Source: Candidatus Levyibacteriota bacterium (GTDB taxonomy: Bacteria; Patescibacteriota; Microgenomatia; Levybacterales; UBA12049). From it: a DNA stretch of 64,000 bases. Below are positions 20,396 to 31,542 of the stretch, piece after piece (positions within the stretch are counted from its first letter, which is position 1; each line of letters starts with the position of its first letter). The notes below the pieces were generated by a model that was given only the letters and a program-made list of their open reading frames with translations, did no database searches and was not told where the DNA came from. A program made the translations under genes and the position numbers. The DNA lies in NCBI GenBank assembly GCA_049519175.1, contig JBEKQZ010000001.1, forward strand, positions 335,679 to 399,678, given 5' to 3'.

Positions 20396-22573
20396 ATGAA
20401 ACTATCAATAATAGTCGTTAATTATGAGGTTAAAGAAAAAGTTTTAGAGTGTATAAAGTCAATCTATGATGCCAAATCAAAAACCGAGTTTGAAATAATT
20501 GTAGCTGATAACGGGGACACAGAAAGCATCCAGAATGTATTAAAAAAATATTTCCCAAAAGTGATTTATGTCAAAAGTCACAAAAACCTCGGCTATGGTG
20601 GGGGAAATAACTTGGGAGCAACTTACGCTAGGGGTAAATATTTATTTATTCTAAATCCCGATACTTTGGTTTTTAAAAATACGCTTGACGAATTGGTAAA
20701 ATTTCTTGATAAAAATCGAGACGTTGGAATTGTTTCCCCGCTGTTGGTAGACGAGGATAAAAATCCGTTTGCACTTCAGGGAGCAAGAGAATTAACTCCG
20801 TTTAGAGGCATTGTCTGCCTATCGTTTATTGATAAATTGTTCCCGAATAATCATTTTTCCAGAAAGTATTGGTTAAAAGATTGGAAGCACACGCAACTTA
20901 AAGAGGTAGATGTTTGTCCGGGAACCGCATTTATGATTTCAAAAAAGTTATTTAATGAGTTTGGTGGTTTTGACGAGAAGTTCTTCCTCTATTTTGAGGA
21001 GAATGATATTTCTAATCGCGTCAGAAGGTTGGGTTATAAAATATATATACTGACGAAAGCAAAAATATTTCATGAAGTTGGTGCCAGCACAAAGCAGTTA
21101 CAAAATTCCAATTATTTTTTTTTGAAAAGCAGGTACTTATATTTTAAAAAGTACTATGGAATTACAAAAGCCCTGTTGGTTGAGTCCTTTTTGAGGATTA
21201 ATAAGCTATCTTTGCTTATATTTTTTACGTTTTGCTTAGCGTTCTTCTTGCGAATTTATAATTTAACCAATGGAATGGAATTTATCGGCGATCAGGGCTG
21301 GTTTTATATATCGGCTAGAGATTTTTTAATTCACGGGAAGATTCCATTAGTCGGTATTACCTCCAGCCACATTTGGCTGCATCAAGGACCATTGTGGACC
21401 TATATGCTTTCAATCGCGTTACTATTATCTAAATTCAATCCGGTTTCTGGGGCGTATCTGACAGTTTTATTTGGTATAGCAACGACTTTTCTGATGTATG
21501 AATTGGGCAAAGAAATGTTTTCGCAAAAGGTTGGATTAATAGCGGCTTTATTATACGCAACGTCACCTTTGATAGTATCTTTTGACCGGATGCCGTTTGA
21601 CCCAAGTCCGATTCCTTTTTTCACGGTTTTGTATCTGTTCTCGTTAGTAAAATGGCTAAAAGGAAATTTAAATTATTTTCCCGTAATACTTTTTCTATTG
21701 GCTATTCTTTATAATTTGGAGCTGGCGACGTTTACCTTAGCTTTTCCGTTTGTTCTAATTTTTGTTTATGGTCTATTTAAACAATCAGGTTGGGTAAAGG
21801 GGTTACTAAATAAAAAAACAGTATCTTTTTCAATTCTTCTTCCAGTTCTGGTGATGCTGCCGGTTATAATTTATGATTTTTCGCATGGTTTTAAACAAAC
21901 TGTAGTATTTTTGGGTTGGACTTTATATAAGCCATTTAGCTTTCTTTTTAAACATTCGTCAACCAATCTAATTACTAATTTAAAGGTTATTGCCGATTTC
22001 GGACTGATAAATTTACAAAGATTACTTTTTCTAGATAGTGTTTTGTTCTCGTTATTGTTGTTTGCGGCCGGTGTATGCCTACTGTTCTTTCAGGTTTTTA
22101 AAAACAGAAAGCTAAACGATGCGAAATCAATCTTGCTGCTTCTACTAACAATTTCGCTTCTGGGAATAGTCGTAAATCAGACACCTTCAGATGCTTATCT
22201 TCCAATTGCTTTTCCTTTCGTCATTTTCGTATCCGCTATTTTATTTGAATACTTATTTAAAATTAGATTTTTAAAATTGATTGTTGCGATTGTGTTAATT
22301 TTAGTTGTTTTATTAAACTCTTGTGAAATTTTTAGAAATGATTTGACAGCCGAACTAAAAGATAGAATTAGTAGCGCCAATAAAATAATTATGCTTGCGG
22401 ATAATCAAAAATATAATTTAATCGGTAGGGGAGTCGGTAGTCAGTTTAGTAGTTTTACTATGAATTATGAATACTTATTATGGTGGAAGGGCCATCCTGT
22501 TTCGAATGAAAACGTTAGAACTAAAATCGTTGTGTGGGAAACGTCAAAAGGAATTATAATATATAAGCAGTAA
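20396..22573 (+). CDS. GT2 domain fused to a GT-C (PMT/ArnT-like) membrane domain
   Basis: N-terminal LNPD and GGFDEKFFLYFEE; then LR..., GDQG, GPLW.Y and about 11 TM helices. Confidence 0.8.
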   Translation: MKLSIIVVNYEVKEKVLECIKSIYDAKSKTEFEIIVADNGDTESIQNVLKKYFPKVIYVKSHKNLGYGGGNNLGATYARGKYLFILNPDTLVFKNTLDELVKFLDKNRDVGIVSPLLVDEDKNPFALQGARELTPFRGIVCLSFIDKLFPNNHFSRKYWLKDWKHTQLKEVDVCPGTAFMISKKLFNEFGGFDEKFFLYFEENDISNRVRRLGYKIYILTKAKIFHEVGASTKQLQNSNYFFLKSRYLYFKKYYGITKALLVESFLRINKLSLLIFFTFCLAFFLRIYNLTNGMEFIGDQGWFYISARDFLIHGKIPLVGITSSHIWLHQGPLWTYMLSIALLLSKFNPVSGAYLTVLFGIATTFLMYELGKEMFSQKVGLIAALLYATSPLIVSFDRMPFDPSPIPFFTVLYLFSLVKWLKGNLNYFPVILFLLAILYNLELATFTLAFPFVLIFVYGLFKQSGWVKGLLNKKTVSFSILLPVLVMLPVIIYDFSHGFKQTVVFLGWTLYKPFSFLFKHSSTNLITNLKVIADFGLINLQRLLFLDSVLFSLLLFAAGVCLLFFQVFKNRKLNDAKSILLLLLTISLLGIVVNQTPSDAYLPIAFPFVIFVSAILFEYLFKIRFLKLIVAIVLILVVLLNSCEIFRNDLTAELKDRISSANKIIMLADNQKYNLIGRGVGSQFSSFTMNYEYLLWWKGHPVSNENVRTKIVVWETSKGIIIYKQ

Positions 22574-23331
22574 TGATAAGCATAATTATTTTAACCAAAA
22601 ACGAAGAGAAAAATATTTTAGATTGTCTGGAAACCGTTAATTGGGCAGATGAAATAATTATTCTCGATGATAATTCAATTGACAGAACCGTCGAAATCGC
22701 AGAGTCACTAAAATTAAAGCATTTAAAAGTTTTACAGCGGGTGCTGGACGGAGATTTTTCCAAACAACGAAATTTTACTTTGTCGCATGTTAAGAGCGAA
22801 TGGGCGCTGTTTATCGACGCCGATGAAAGAGTAACGCCGCAGCTTCGTAAAGAAATCAATGATTTTATTATTGAAGAGAAAGAAAAGCCGGTATTTAACG
22901 GGATGTATCTAAAAAGACAGGATATGCTTTGGGGAAAATTGCTAAAACATGGTGAGACAGGAAATATAAAACTTTTGCGGTTGGCCAGAAAAGATGCCGG
23001 AATATGGCATGGTAAAGTACACGAACGGTGGGTGATTGAAGGGAAGACCGATACGTTTGAAAATTATTTAATTCATTATCCACATCAAACGGTGGCGGAT
23101 TTTTTAGCCGAAATTAATTTGTATACTACTATCCGGGCTAAAGAACTTTTCGAAAGTAATGAAAAAAGTTCAATCTTCAAAATCATTTTTTATCCAAAAG
23201 CCAAATTTATCCAGAATTTTATTTTCCGGTTAGGTTTTCTGGATGGATTAGAAGGATTAGTGCAGGCAATTCTAATGAGTTTCCATTCTTTTCTGGTAAG
23301 AGCTAAATTATGGACTTACCTAGACAAATAA
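22573..23331 (+). CDS. GT2 beta-glucosyltransferase-like (WaaE/KdtX type)
   Basis: TKNEE, SKQRN, IDADE, VHE, GFLDG..G. Confidence 0.88.
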   Translation: MISIIILTKNEEKNILDCLETVNWADEIIILDDNSIDRTVEIAESLKLKHLKVLQRVLDGDFSKQRNFTLSHVKSEWALFIDADERVTPQLRKEINDFIIEEKEKPVFNGMYLKRQDMLWGKLLKHGETGNIKLLRLARKDAGIWHGKVHERWVIEGKTDTFENYLIHYPHQTVADFLAEINLYTTIRAKELFESNEKSSIFKIIFYPKAKFIQNFIFRLGFLDGLEGLVQAILMSFHSFLVRAKLWTYLDK

Positions 23332-25079
23332 AAAAACACAAATGCACTAAATATTTACCTCATTTGTTAGCGTTCTTCTATTTTGTCGCAGCTACCATTT
23401 ACATTACTTTTCCCTTAATCTTCCACATGACCAATATGCTTTTTGAAAAGGTTGATGACGCGTATATTTCGTGGATAATTAATTGGGATATCCATTCATT
23501 TACGACTAACGCCTTGAATATCTTTAATGGCAATATTTATTATCCATACCACAACACACTTGCCTATTCCGATAATTATTTAACTTCTGCCGCAGTAGCG
23601 TTCTTTCCGGTTAAAATAGTGGGAGAGCCGGCGTTCGCCTATAACTTTTGTCTTATTTTTTCTTTCATAACTTTGGGTTTTTGTGTTTATCTGCTTGCTT
23701 TATATATTTCCAAAAGCCATCTGTCTTCGATTGCGGCTGGCACTATCGCCGCTTTTTCGCCTTATGCCCTGACGAAAGTAATGCATTTGCAATTATTAGG
23801 TATTTGTTGGGTTCCTCTATCAATATTATTTTTCTTGGTGTTTCTTGATAAAAAACTATTTAGGTATTTTATGATTGCGGTTTTTTTCTTTATTTTACAA
23901 ATGTATAATAGTTTTTTACCGGGTTACTTTATTCTTATTTCCTGTCTAATAATTTTAATTTGTTATTTTTTGACAAAAAAAATAACCTTCAAGCAATTGA
24001 ATATGTCAAAAATTATTCTGACAGGAATTTTTACCTTCTTAATTATCATCCCAATTGTGATTCCTTATTTTCAGGTTTCAAAACAGTTTAATTATGTCAG
24101 AGATATCCGTGATGCCATAAGATTTGCAAACCGTCCTGAATATACTCTTTATCCGGGGTTTACAACCAGACTGCGCGATTTTTTATTAGCCGTTTTTTAC
24201 AAAAATGATAAACATCCAATTACCTATGATGGCTTTATGGGTTTGGTATTTTTCATTTTATCGGCGGCTGCAATTATTTACCGGATTATAAACAAAAAGA
24301 AAAAGTGGTTTTTATTTGATAGCTTTCTTGTCATTGGAATTTTTAGCTATATCTTAAGTTTGGGACCGGCTTTGCAATGGGGAGACCATGTAATTAAGCA
24401 CCCGTTTATAATTCCTTTGCCTTACGCTCTGTTTTACTATCTTGCGCCCGGCTTTAACGGATTTAGGGATTCATCACGTTGGGAGATGTTGTTTCTGATG
24501 TCTTTTTCGATTTCGATTTCGATATTTCTAGCAGTCTTCCTTAAAAATAAAAACCGCTTGCTTAAATTATTTTTCGTTATGCTAATTTGTTTTGGAGTGT
24601 TATGGGAATTTAATCTTCCTTACGCTTACCACCAAGTTCCGACCAAAGAAAATTTCCCCAAAATTTATTATTTCATCAAAAATTTACCTCAACAAGCTGT
24701 AATTGCGGAATTTCCCATTTACAATTGGAGCACTTATCCGCTATTAAATTCCGAAAATTTCAGAGAATATTACGGAACTCTAAGTTTTAGAAAAACAATT
24801 AACGGCGCCTCTGGGTTTAGTCCGCCTCCTTGGCAAATTAAAATAAATTATCTAGTGAATAACTTTCCCAAAAACAACAGCCTTCAATTACTTAAAAATG
24901 TGGGAGTGAATTATATTATTATTCATGCTTGGGAATATGACCAATTGCATAACGCGCGATACACAGCGGAAAATAATTTTGTTTCTTCTGGTGCTGTTAT
25001 CAAATCGGAATTAGATAATAATAGCCAAGTTCAATTTGTTTATTCAACCGATAAAGATTACGTTTATAAAATAAAATGA
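23310..25079 (+). CDS. Polytopic membrane protein, GT-C-like
   Basis: DD..W, N.YYP...LAYSD, R...RW, INGASGF motifs; many TM helices. Confidence 0.7.
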   Translation: MDLPRQIKKHKCTKYLPHLLAFFYFVAATIYITFPLIFHMTNMLFEKVDDAYISWIINWDIHSFTTNALNIFNGNIYYPYHNTLAYSDNYLTSAAVAFFPVKIVGEPAFAYNFCLIFSFITLGFCVYLLALYISKSHLSSIAAGTIAAFSPYALTKVMHLQLLGICWVPLSILFFLVFLDKKLFRYFMIAVFFFILQMYNSFLPGYFILISCLIILICYFLTKKITFKQLNMSKIILTGIFTFLIIIPIVIPYFQVSKQFNYVRDIRDAIRFANRPEYTLYPGFTTRLRDFLLAVFYKNDKHPITYDGFMGLVFFILSAAAIIYRIINKKKKWFLFDSFLVIGIFSYILSLGPALQWGDHVIKHPFIIPLPYALFYYLAPGFNGFRDSSRWEMLFLMSFSISISIFLAVFLKNKNRLLKLFFVMLICFGVLWEFNLPYAYHQVPTKENFPKIYYFIKNLPQQAVIAEFPIYNWSTYPLLNSENFREYYGTLSFRKTINGASGFSPPPWQIKINYLVNNFPKNNSLQLLKNVGVNYIIIHAWEYDQLHNARYTAENNFVSSGAVIKSELDNNSQVQFVYSTDKDYVYKIK

Positions 25080-25177
25080 AATATTTGTTGCAATTGTTTT
25101 ACGTCTTATTTTGCTTACTGGTATTAGCGTTTTACATTCAATACCTTTTTTGCAGAGGAGGTATATGTTTACATTAG
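25076..25177 (+). CDS. Candidate 33-aa single-TM peptide (MKYLLQLFYVLFCLLVLAFYIQYLFCRGGICLH)
   Basis: ATGA overlap with the upstream stop, overlaps the downstream start, fills the gap completely. Confidence 0.5.
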   Translation: MKYLLQLFYVLFCLLVLAFYIQYLFCRGGICLH

Positions 25178-26787
25178 CCATTCTGATTGGCATTTATTCG
25201 TATTTAATTTTCTTCTTGGGCATATTGGGATTGCTTTATCGACCGGTAGTTTTAATAACTACCATTGTATATTTTTCTATCCTTATAATTTTTGCTCAAA
25301 GAAAGCTTAAAGCCGGGTTGACAAACTTTGGGGTTAAGAAATTAGTGACTGAATTTAAAAGTAACAAGCTTTTTAGTTTAACTTTTTTGTTGATTATTTC
25401 TCAAGCGTTGATTAATTTAATTGGAGTTTTTGGCCCGGAAATTTCTTTTGACGCTCTTTGGTATCACTTGACTCTCCCAAGACTTTACATTGCTAAACAT
25501 TTAATCTTTTATATTCCCGGCTCAAATTTATTTTATTCCGCCATGCCAAAGTTGACCGAAATGCTTTATACGGCGGCTTTACTTTTAGCTAATGATTCAT
25601 TTGTCAAGCTAACCCATTTTTCATTTGGCATATTAACTTTAATTGCGATATACAAAATTTCCCGTAGATTTATGTCTAGGGAATTTTCAATTTTAGCCAG
25701 TGCTATTTTTTATGCCAATTTGGTGGTTGGATGGGAGACCATTACCGCTTATGTTGATTTGTCTTGGGCATTTTTTTCGCTGATGGCTTTTTGGGGTTTG
25801 TTAATTTGGTTGGAAAAGCGAAACAAGCGATGGCTGGTGTTGACGGGCATAATGTTTGGTTTGGCAGTCACAGCCAAACTGGCGGCTTTATTTGCTCTAC
25901 CGGTATTTTTGTTGATTTTAGTTTACGATAAGTATTTAGAACATGATAATTGGCTAAATTTAAGCAAAAGGTTCTTTTTATTAGTCATCATTACTTTGTT
26001 AATTCCGCTGCCTTGGCTGATATTTGCATTTGTTAATACCGGCAATCCGGTCTACCCTTATTTTACCAGCCAGCTGGTAGATTCGGGAAAAACACTGGTG
26101 TTGCCAAACTTTAAATATATTCTAACAGATTTATATAGTTTCTTTTTAAAATTGAATGATCCGATTTCACCGATCTATTTAATTGTTTTTCCATTAATTG
26201 TTACTAACTTCAAGAAATTCACCCTGAAAATTAAGATTTTAACTTTATATTGTTTTGGTAATTTTTTAATTTGGTATTTAACACAAGAACCAAGAGGCGG
26301 CAGATTTATTCTCCCGTATCTTCCTGTCTTTTCAATTTTAGCCGCTTATGTAATCGCCAAAGTTCAACGTCATTATTTAAGAAATTTTTTAATCGCGGTG
26401 GTAATTTTTATCACTTTGATTTCAATTGGCTACCGTAGCATTGCCAACGCTAAATTTGTGCCAGTCGAATTGGGAAGAGAAACTAAATCAGCATTTCTGG
26501 CCAAGTATTTGAATTTTTCTTTTGGAGATTTTTATGACACCGACAATTATTTTAAGAATCATCTTGGCAAAAATGACACTGTATTACTATATGGTTTTGG
26601 TAAGCTCTATTACGTTGATTTTAATTTTATTGATTCTAGTTGGGTTAAAAAGGGTGATAAATTTGACTATATTGCTGTTCAAAATAGCGTTTTGCCGAAG
26701 CGGTTTTCGGATTGGCGGCAAATTTACTATAATAAGTTAACTAAAGTTAAGCTTTATACAAAGGGAGAGAAAATATGCGTTTATTAA
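25165..26787 (+). CDS. GT-C family (ArnT/PMT-like) membrane glycosyltransferase
   Basis: FDALWYHL..P, YVDL, GNPVYP, RF..P; GAGGAGG RBS before ATG 25165. Confidence 0.75.
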   Translation: MFTLAILIGIYSYLIFFLGILGLLYRPVVLITTIVYFSILIIFAQRKLKAGLTNFGVKKLVTEFKSNKLFSLTFLLIISQALINLIGVFGPEISFDALWYHLTLPRLYIAKHLIFYIPGSNLFYSAMPKLTEMLYTAALLLANDSFVKLTHFSFGILTLIAIYKISRRFMSREFSILASAIFYANLVVGWETITAYVDLSWAFFSLMAFWGLLIWLEKRNKRWLVLTGIMFGLAVTAKLAALFALPVFLLILVYDKYLEHDNWLNLSKRFFLLVIITLLIPLPWLIFAFVNTGNPVYPYFTSQLVDSGKTLVLPNFKYILTDLYSFFLKLNDPISPIYLIVFPLIVTNFKKFTLKIKILTLYCFGNFLIWYLTQEPRGGRFILPYLPVFSILAAYVIAKVQRHYLRNFLIAVVIFITLISIGYRSIANAKFVPVELGRETKSAFLAKYLNFSFGDFYDTDNYFKNHLGKNDTVLLYGFGKLYYVDFNFIDSSWVKKGDKFDYIAVQNSVLPKRFSDWRQIYYNKLTKVKLYTKGEKICVY

Positions 26788-27977
26788 AAATAGTATTTAT
26801 TATTTTCATTTTGGCATTTTTCATTGTCGAAGTAGGCAGAGCCCAGTTGTTAAATGGTGTAGCAATTTCTGTCAACGATATTTTATTAGCCGCGGTAATT
26901 TTAGTTTGGATTATAAATCATTTTCTCCATAAGCAGAAATTCGTTCTAGGGAAATTATTCAAACCAATTCTGCTTTTTTCCGCCATTGGTTTAATTTCTC
27001 TACTGCTGAATTTTCCCAACCTTGGCGTTAATAATCTATTAGAATCATCTCTTTACCTAGTTAGGTGGATTGCCTATGCTTTAATTTACGTTATCGTCAG
27101 CGAGTTTGAGTCAAAGTTTAAAAACAAAATTGCTTATTCGTTATTAATTTCCGGTTCGATAGTTGTTGTGCTTGGATATATTCAATTTTTCTTTTATCCC
27201 AGTCTTCGTAATCTTTATTACTTGGGTTGGGATGAGCATCTTTACCGGATGTTCAGTAGCTTTCTAGACCCAAACTATGCGGGAGCATTTTTCGGAATAT
27301 TTTTTCTTTACACAGTTGCTTTTTTAAGAAACTATCTGGTAAAAAAAGAACTAATAAAATCCTTGCTGATAAGTTTAATATCACTTTTTACTTTTGTAGC
27401 GTTGTATTTAACTTATTCAAGAAGCGCTTTGATAATGCTTTTGACAGGAGTAATTATTTACTTAAGTCTTATTGGCAAAAAGAAGTTTATTGCTCTGGCA
27501 ATTGTGCTAATTTTTCTCTCCATTTTTATTTTGCCAAAATCATTTACAACTGAAGGGACAAATTTTTTAAGAGCAGTATCAAGCGAGGCCAGAATTAAAA
27601 ACGCACAAGAAGCGTTAATAGTAATTAAAAATAGTCCTCTTTATGGTGTAGGATTTAATGCTTATAGATATGCCGGAAACAGATTAGGAATAGTTACTGG
27701 ACTGGATTGGCAAGTTTCGCATGGAGGAGCAGGAACCGATAATAGTTTTTTGTTTGTTTTAGCAACAACAGGAATAATAGGCTTAATTATCTATCTTAAC
27801 TTTTTATATAGAATGATTATACTTGGATTAAGCAATCTTCAACGTAATAAATATGCAGTTGTGCTTGTCTCTTCATTGGCGGGTCTATTTGTAAGTAGCC
27901 TATTTATTAATAGCTTGTTCTATGTTTTTATGCTGGAATGGATTTGGATTATCGCTTCGTTTACGGAGAAAAGTTGA
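26775..27977 (+). CDS. O-antigen ligase / Wzy_C family membrane protein
   Basis: R..S.F.DPN, LTYSRSA, R...., GVGFN, DNS.L motifs. Confidence 0.85.
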   Translation: MRLLKIVFIIFILAFFIVEVGRAQLLNGVAISVNDILLAAVILVWIINHFLHKQKFVLGKLFKPILLFSAIGLISLLLNFPNLGVNNLLESSLYLVRWIAYALIYVIVSEFESKFKNKIAYSLLISGSIVVVLGYIQFFFYPSLRNLYYLGWDEHLYRMFSSFLDPNYAGAFFGIFFLYTVAFLRNYLVKKELIKSLLISLISLFTFVALYLTYSRSALIMLLTGVIIYLSLIGKKKFIALAIVLIFLSIFILPKSFTTEGTNFLRAVSSEARIKNAQEALIVIKNSPLYGVGFNAYRYAGNRLGIVTGLDWQVSHGGAGTDNSFLFVLATTGIIGLIIYLNFLYRMIILGLSNLQRNKYAVVLVSSLAGLFVSSLFINSLFYVFMLEWIWIIASFTEKS

Positions 27978-28680
27978 CTTTTAAATCTTTCTCAACTTTA
28001 TTTCCTGCCTGATCGGTAGCCACTATTTTAATTTGGTTATCACCGTTTTGTAAAGGAAGTGTGTAAGAAAAATTATTGCTGTCATCAACCACTGCCCAGA
28101 AACCGTTTACGGTTACGCTAACTCCTTGGTCGGTTTTACCGGTGACGTTAATCGTATTATTGGTGTTGACTTGGTTTTTATTAAAGCCTTGTCCGTCAGA
28201 AGGCGTTGAAATATCCAAAGTCGGCGGCGAATTTTTGTAGACAACATCAATAGTATCCGAAAAGGCACTCTGCTTATTGTTATATTCTGCCTTTGCATCT
28301 ATTTGATTATCCCCAGTGGTTAAATTTTCTTTAAAAACAAAATTGCCATTATTGTCGGCATTAACTTGGTCAACGTTGTTGTTATTAACGTAAAGTAAAA
28401 CTTGATAGTCTTTGGTTGATTGTCCGGTAATAATTATTTGTGCGCTGTTGGTTGCTTGCACTAAAGGGTTAAGAGTCGGTGCCGTAATGTAATTGATTTG
28501 ATTGCTGTTTTGCGTAGTGGTTTGATTCTTGTTGCCGGAAAGAAAAAGGCTAAAGTTCACTAATGCGTCAATGCCAAAGCGGAATAACAAAAATAAAATT
28601 ATCAGAATTCCGATAATGCTTAAAATAGTTGTCCGCTGTGTTCTCTTTTCGAAATTCTTATTCAGTCTTGATCTTCTCAT
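27961..28680 (-). CDS. Membrane-anchored protein with bacterial Ig-like domains
   Basis: N-terminal TM then beta-rich N/T/Q repeats (G.N.I...A.D.AGN); true start ATG 28680 because the longer ORF runs into the tRNA. Confidence 0.8.
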   Translation of the reverse strand: MRRSRLNKNFEKRTQRTTILSIIGILIILFLLFRFGIDALVNFSLFLSGNKNQTTTQNSNQINYITAPTLNPLVQATNSAQIIITGQSTKDYQVLLYVNNNNVDQVNADNNGNFVFKENLTTGDNQIDAKAEYNNKQSAFSDTIDVVYKNSPPTLDISTPSDGQGFNKNQVNTNNTINVTGKTDQGVSVTVNGFWAVVDDSNNFSYTLPLQNGDNQIKIVATDQAGNKVEKDLKVNFSP

Positions 28681-28685
28681 AATTT

Positions 28686-28760
28686 TGGAGCCGAAGGTGA
28701 GAATCGAACTCACGGCCTAGTGTTTACGAAACACTTGCTCTACCACTGAGCCACTTCGGC
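28686..28760 (-). tRNA. tRNA-Thr(CGT)
   Basis: Cloverleaf GCCGAAG...AGTGT-TTCGTAA-ACACT...TTCGATT...CTTCGGC-T-CCA. Confidence 0.95.
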
Positions 28761-28770
28761 GTACGTCTAT

Positions 28771-28799
28771 ATTTTATTCAATTAGACGAAAAAGAGCAA
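28771..28799 (-). promoter_or_regulatory. Sigma70-like promoter for tRNA-Thr
   Basis: TTGCTC-17-TAAAAT on the minus strand. Confidence 0.6.
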
Positions 28800-28809
28800 G
28801 ATTTGCAGA

Positions 28810-29220
28810 TTAAACTCTGACTTTGCGTTTGCGGGCAACTTTAAGTTGTAATAAAGATTTTGCCAGTTCAGCATTGGCCACCCGAAAGTCTTCTTCGGTT
28901 AGTTTTTCTTTCATCGCCTTTTGCGCCCGTTCTTTGGCTTCTTCAACTTTGGCGATTTCAATATCTTCGGCGTGAATGGCATAATCGGCCAAAACGTTGA
29001 CATGGTTATTTAATACTTCCAAAAATCCGCCTGTAATCGCAAATAAATCGGAATGAGCATTTTTTTTAATGACCATTTCTCCGGCAGCTATTTTAGTTAA
29101 CAAATTAACGTGGTTGGGGAGTATCGAAATTTCTCCGTCAACGGTGGGAATAGTAATTTCATCAACTTCTTCGGAAAGAACAACTTCTACCGGAGTGATT
29201 ATTTCTAACAACAGTTTCAT
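28810..29220 (-). CDS. atpC: ATP synthase F1 epsilon subunit
   Basis: ITP, P..GE..ILP.H, GGFLEV; operon position. Confidence 0.95.
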   Translation of the reverse strand: MKLLLEIITPVEVVLSEEVDEITIPTVDGEISILPNHVNLLTKIAAGEMVIKKNAHSDLFAITGGFLEVLNNHVNVLADYAIHAEDIEIAKVEEAKERAQKAMKEKLTEEDFRVANAELAKSLLQLKVARKRKVRV

Positions 29221-29294
29221 CCCGTTAGAAAATCCTTTCTTTAATTATTTGATTTATATTCATAAATTCTAATATAACTGTTTTCTAACGGAAT
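29219..29294. repeat. Short inverted-repeat element between atpD and atpC
   Basis: ATCCCGTTAGAAAA (29219-29232) pairs with TTTTCTAACGGAAT (29281-29294), 13/14 match, AT-rich core. Confidence 0.7.
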
Positions 29295-29297
29295 TCA

Positions 29298-31539
<2,242 letters not shown>

Positions 31540-31542
31540 AAT

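Noticed and set aside
15188-21130. A/T homopolymer runs of 8-9 nt in glycan genes as phase-variation tracts
   Set aside because: Expected by chance at this AT content, and all frames are intact
28681-28713. N-terminal extension of the Ig-like ORF
   Set aside because: Overlaps tRNA-Thr
29219-29294. Inverted repeat as attC or Rho-independent terminator
   Set aside because: Arms run GTTAGAA...TTCTAAC, the opposite order to attC; the 48-nt loop and mid-operon position argue against a terminator
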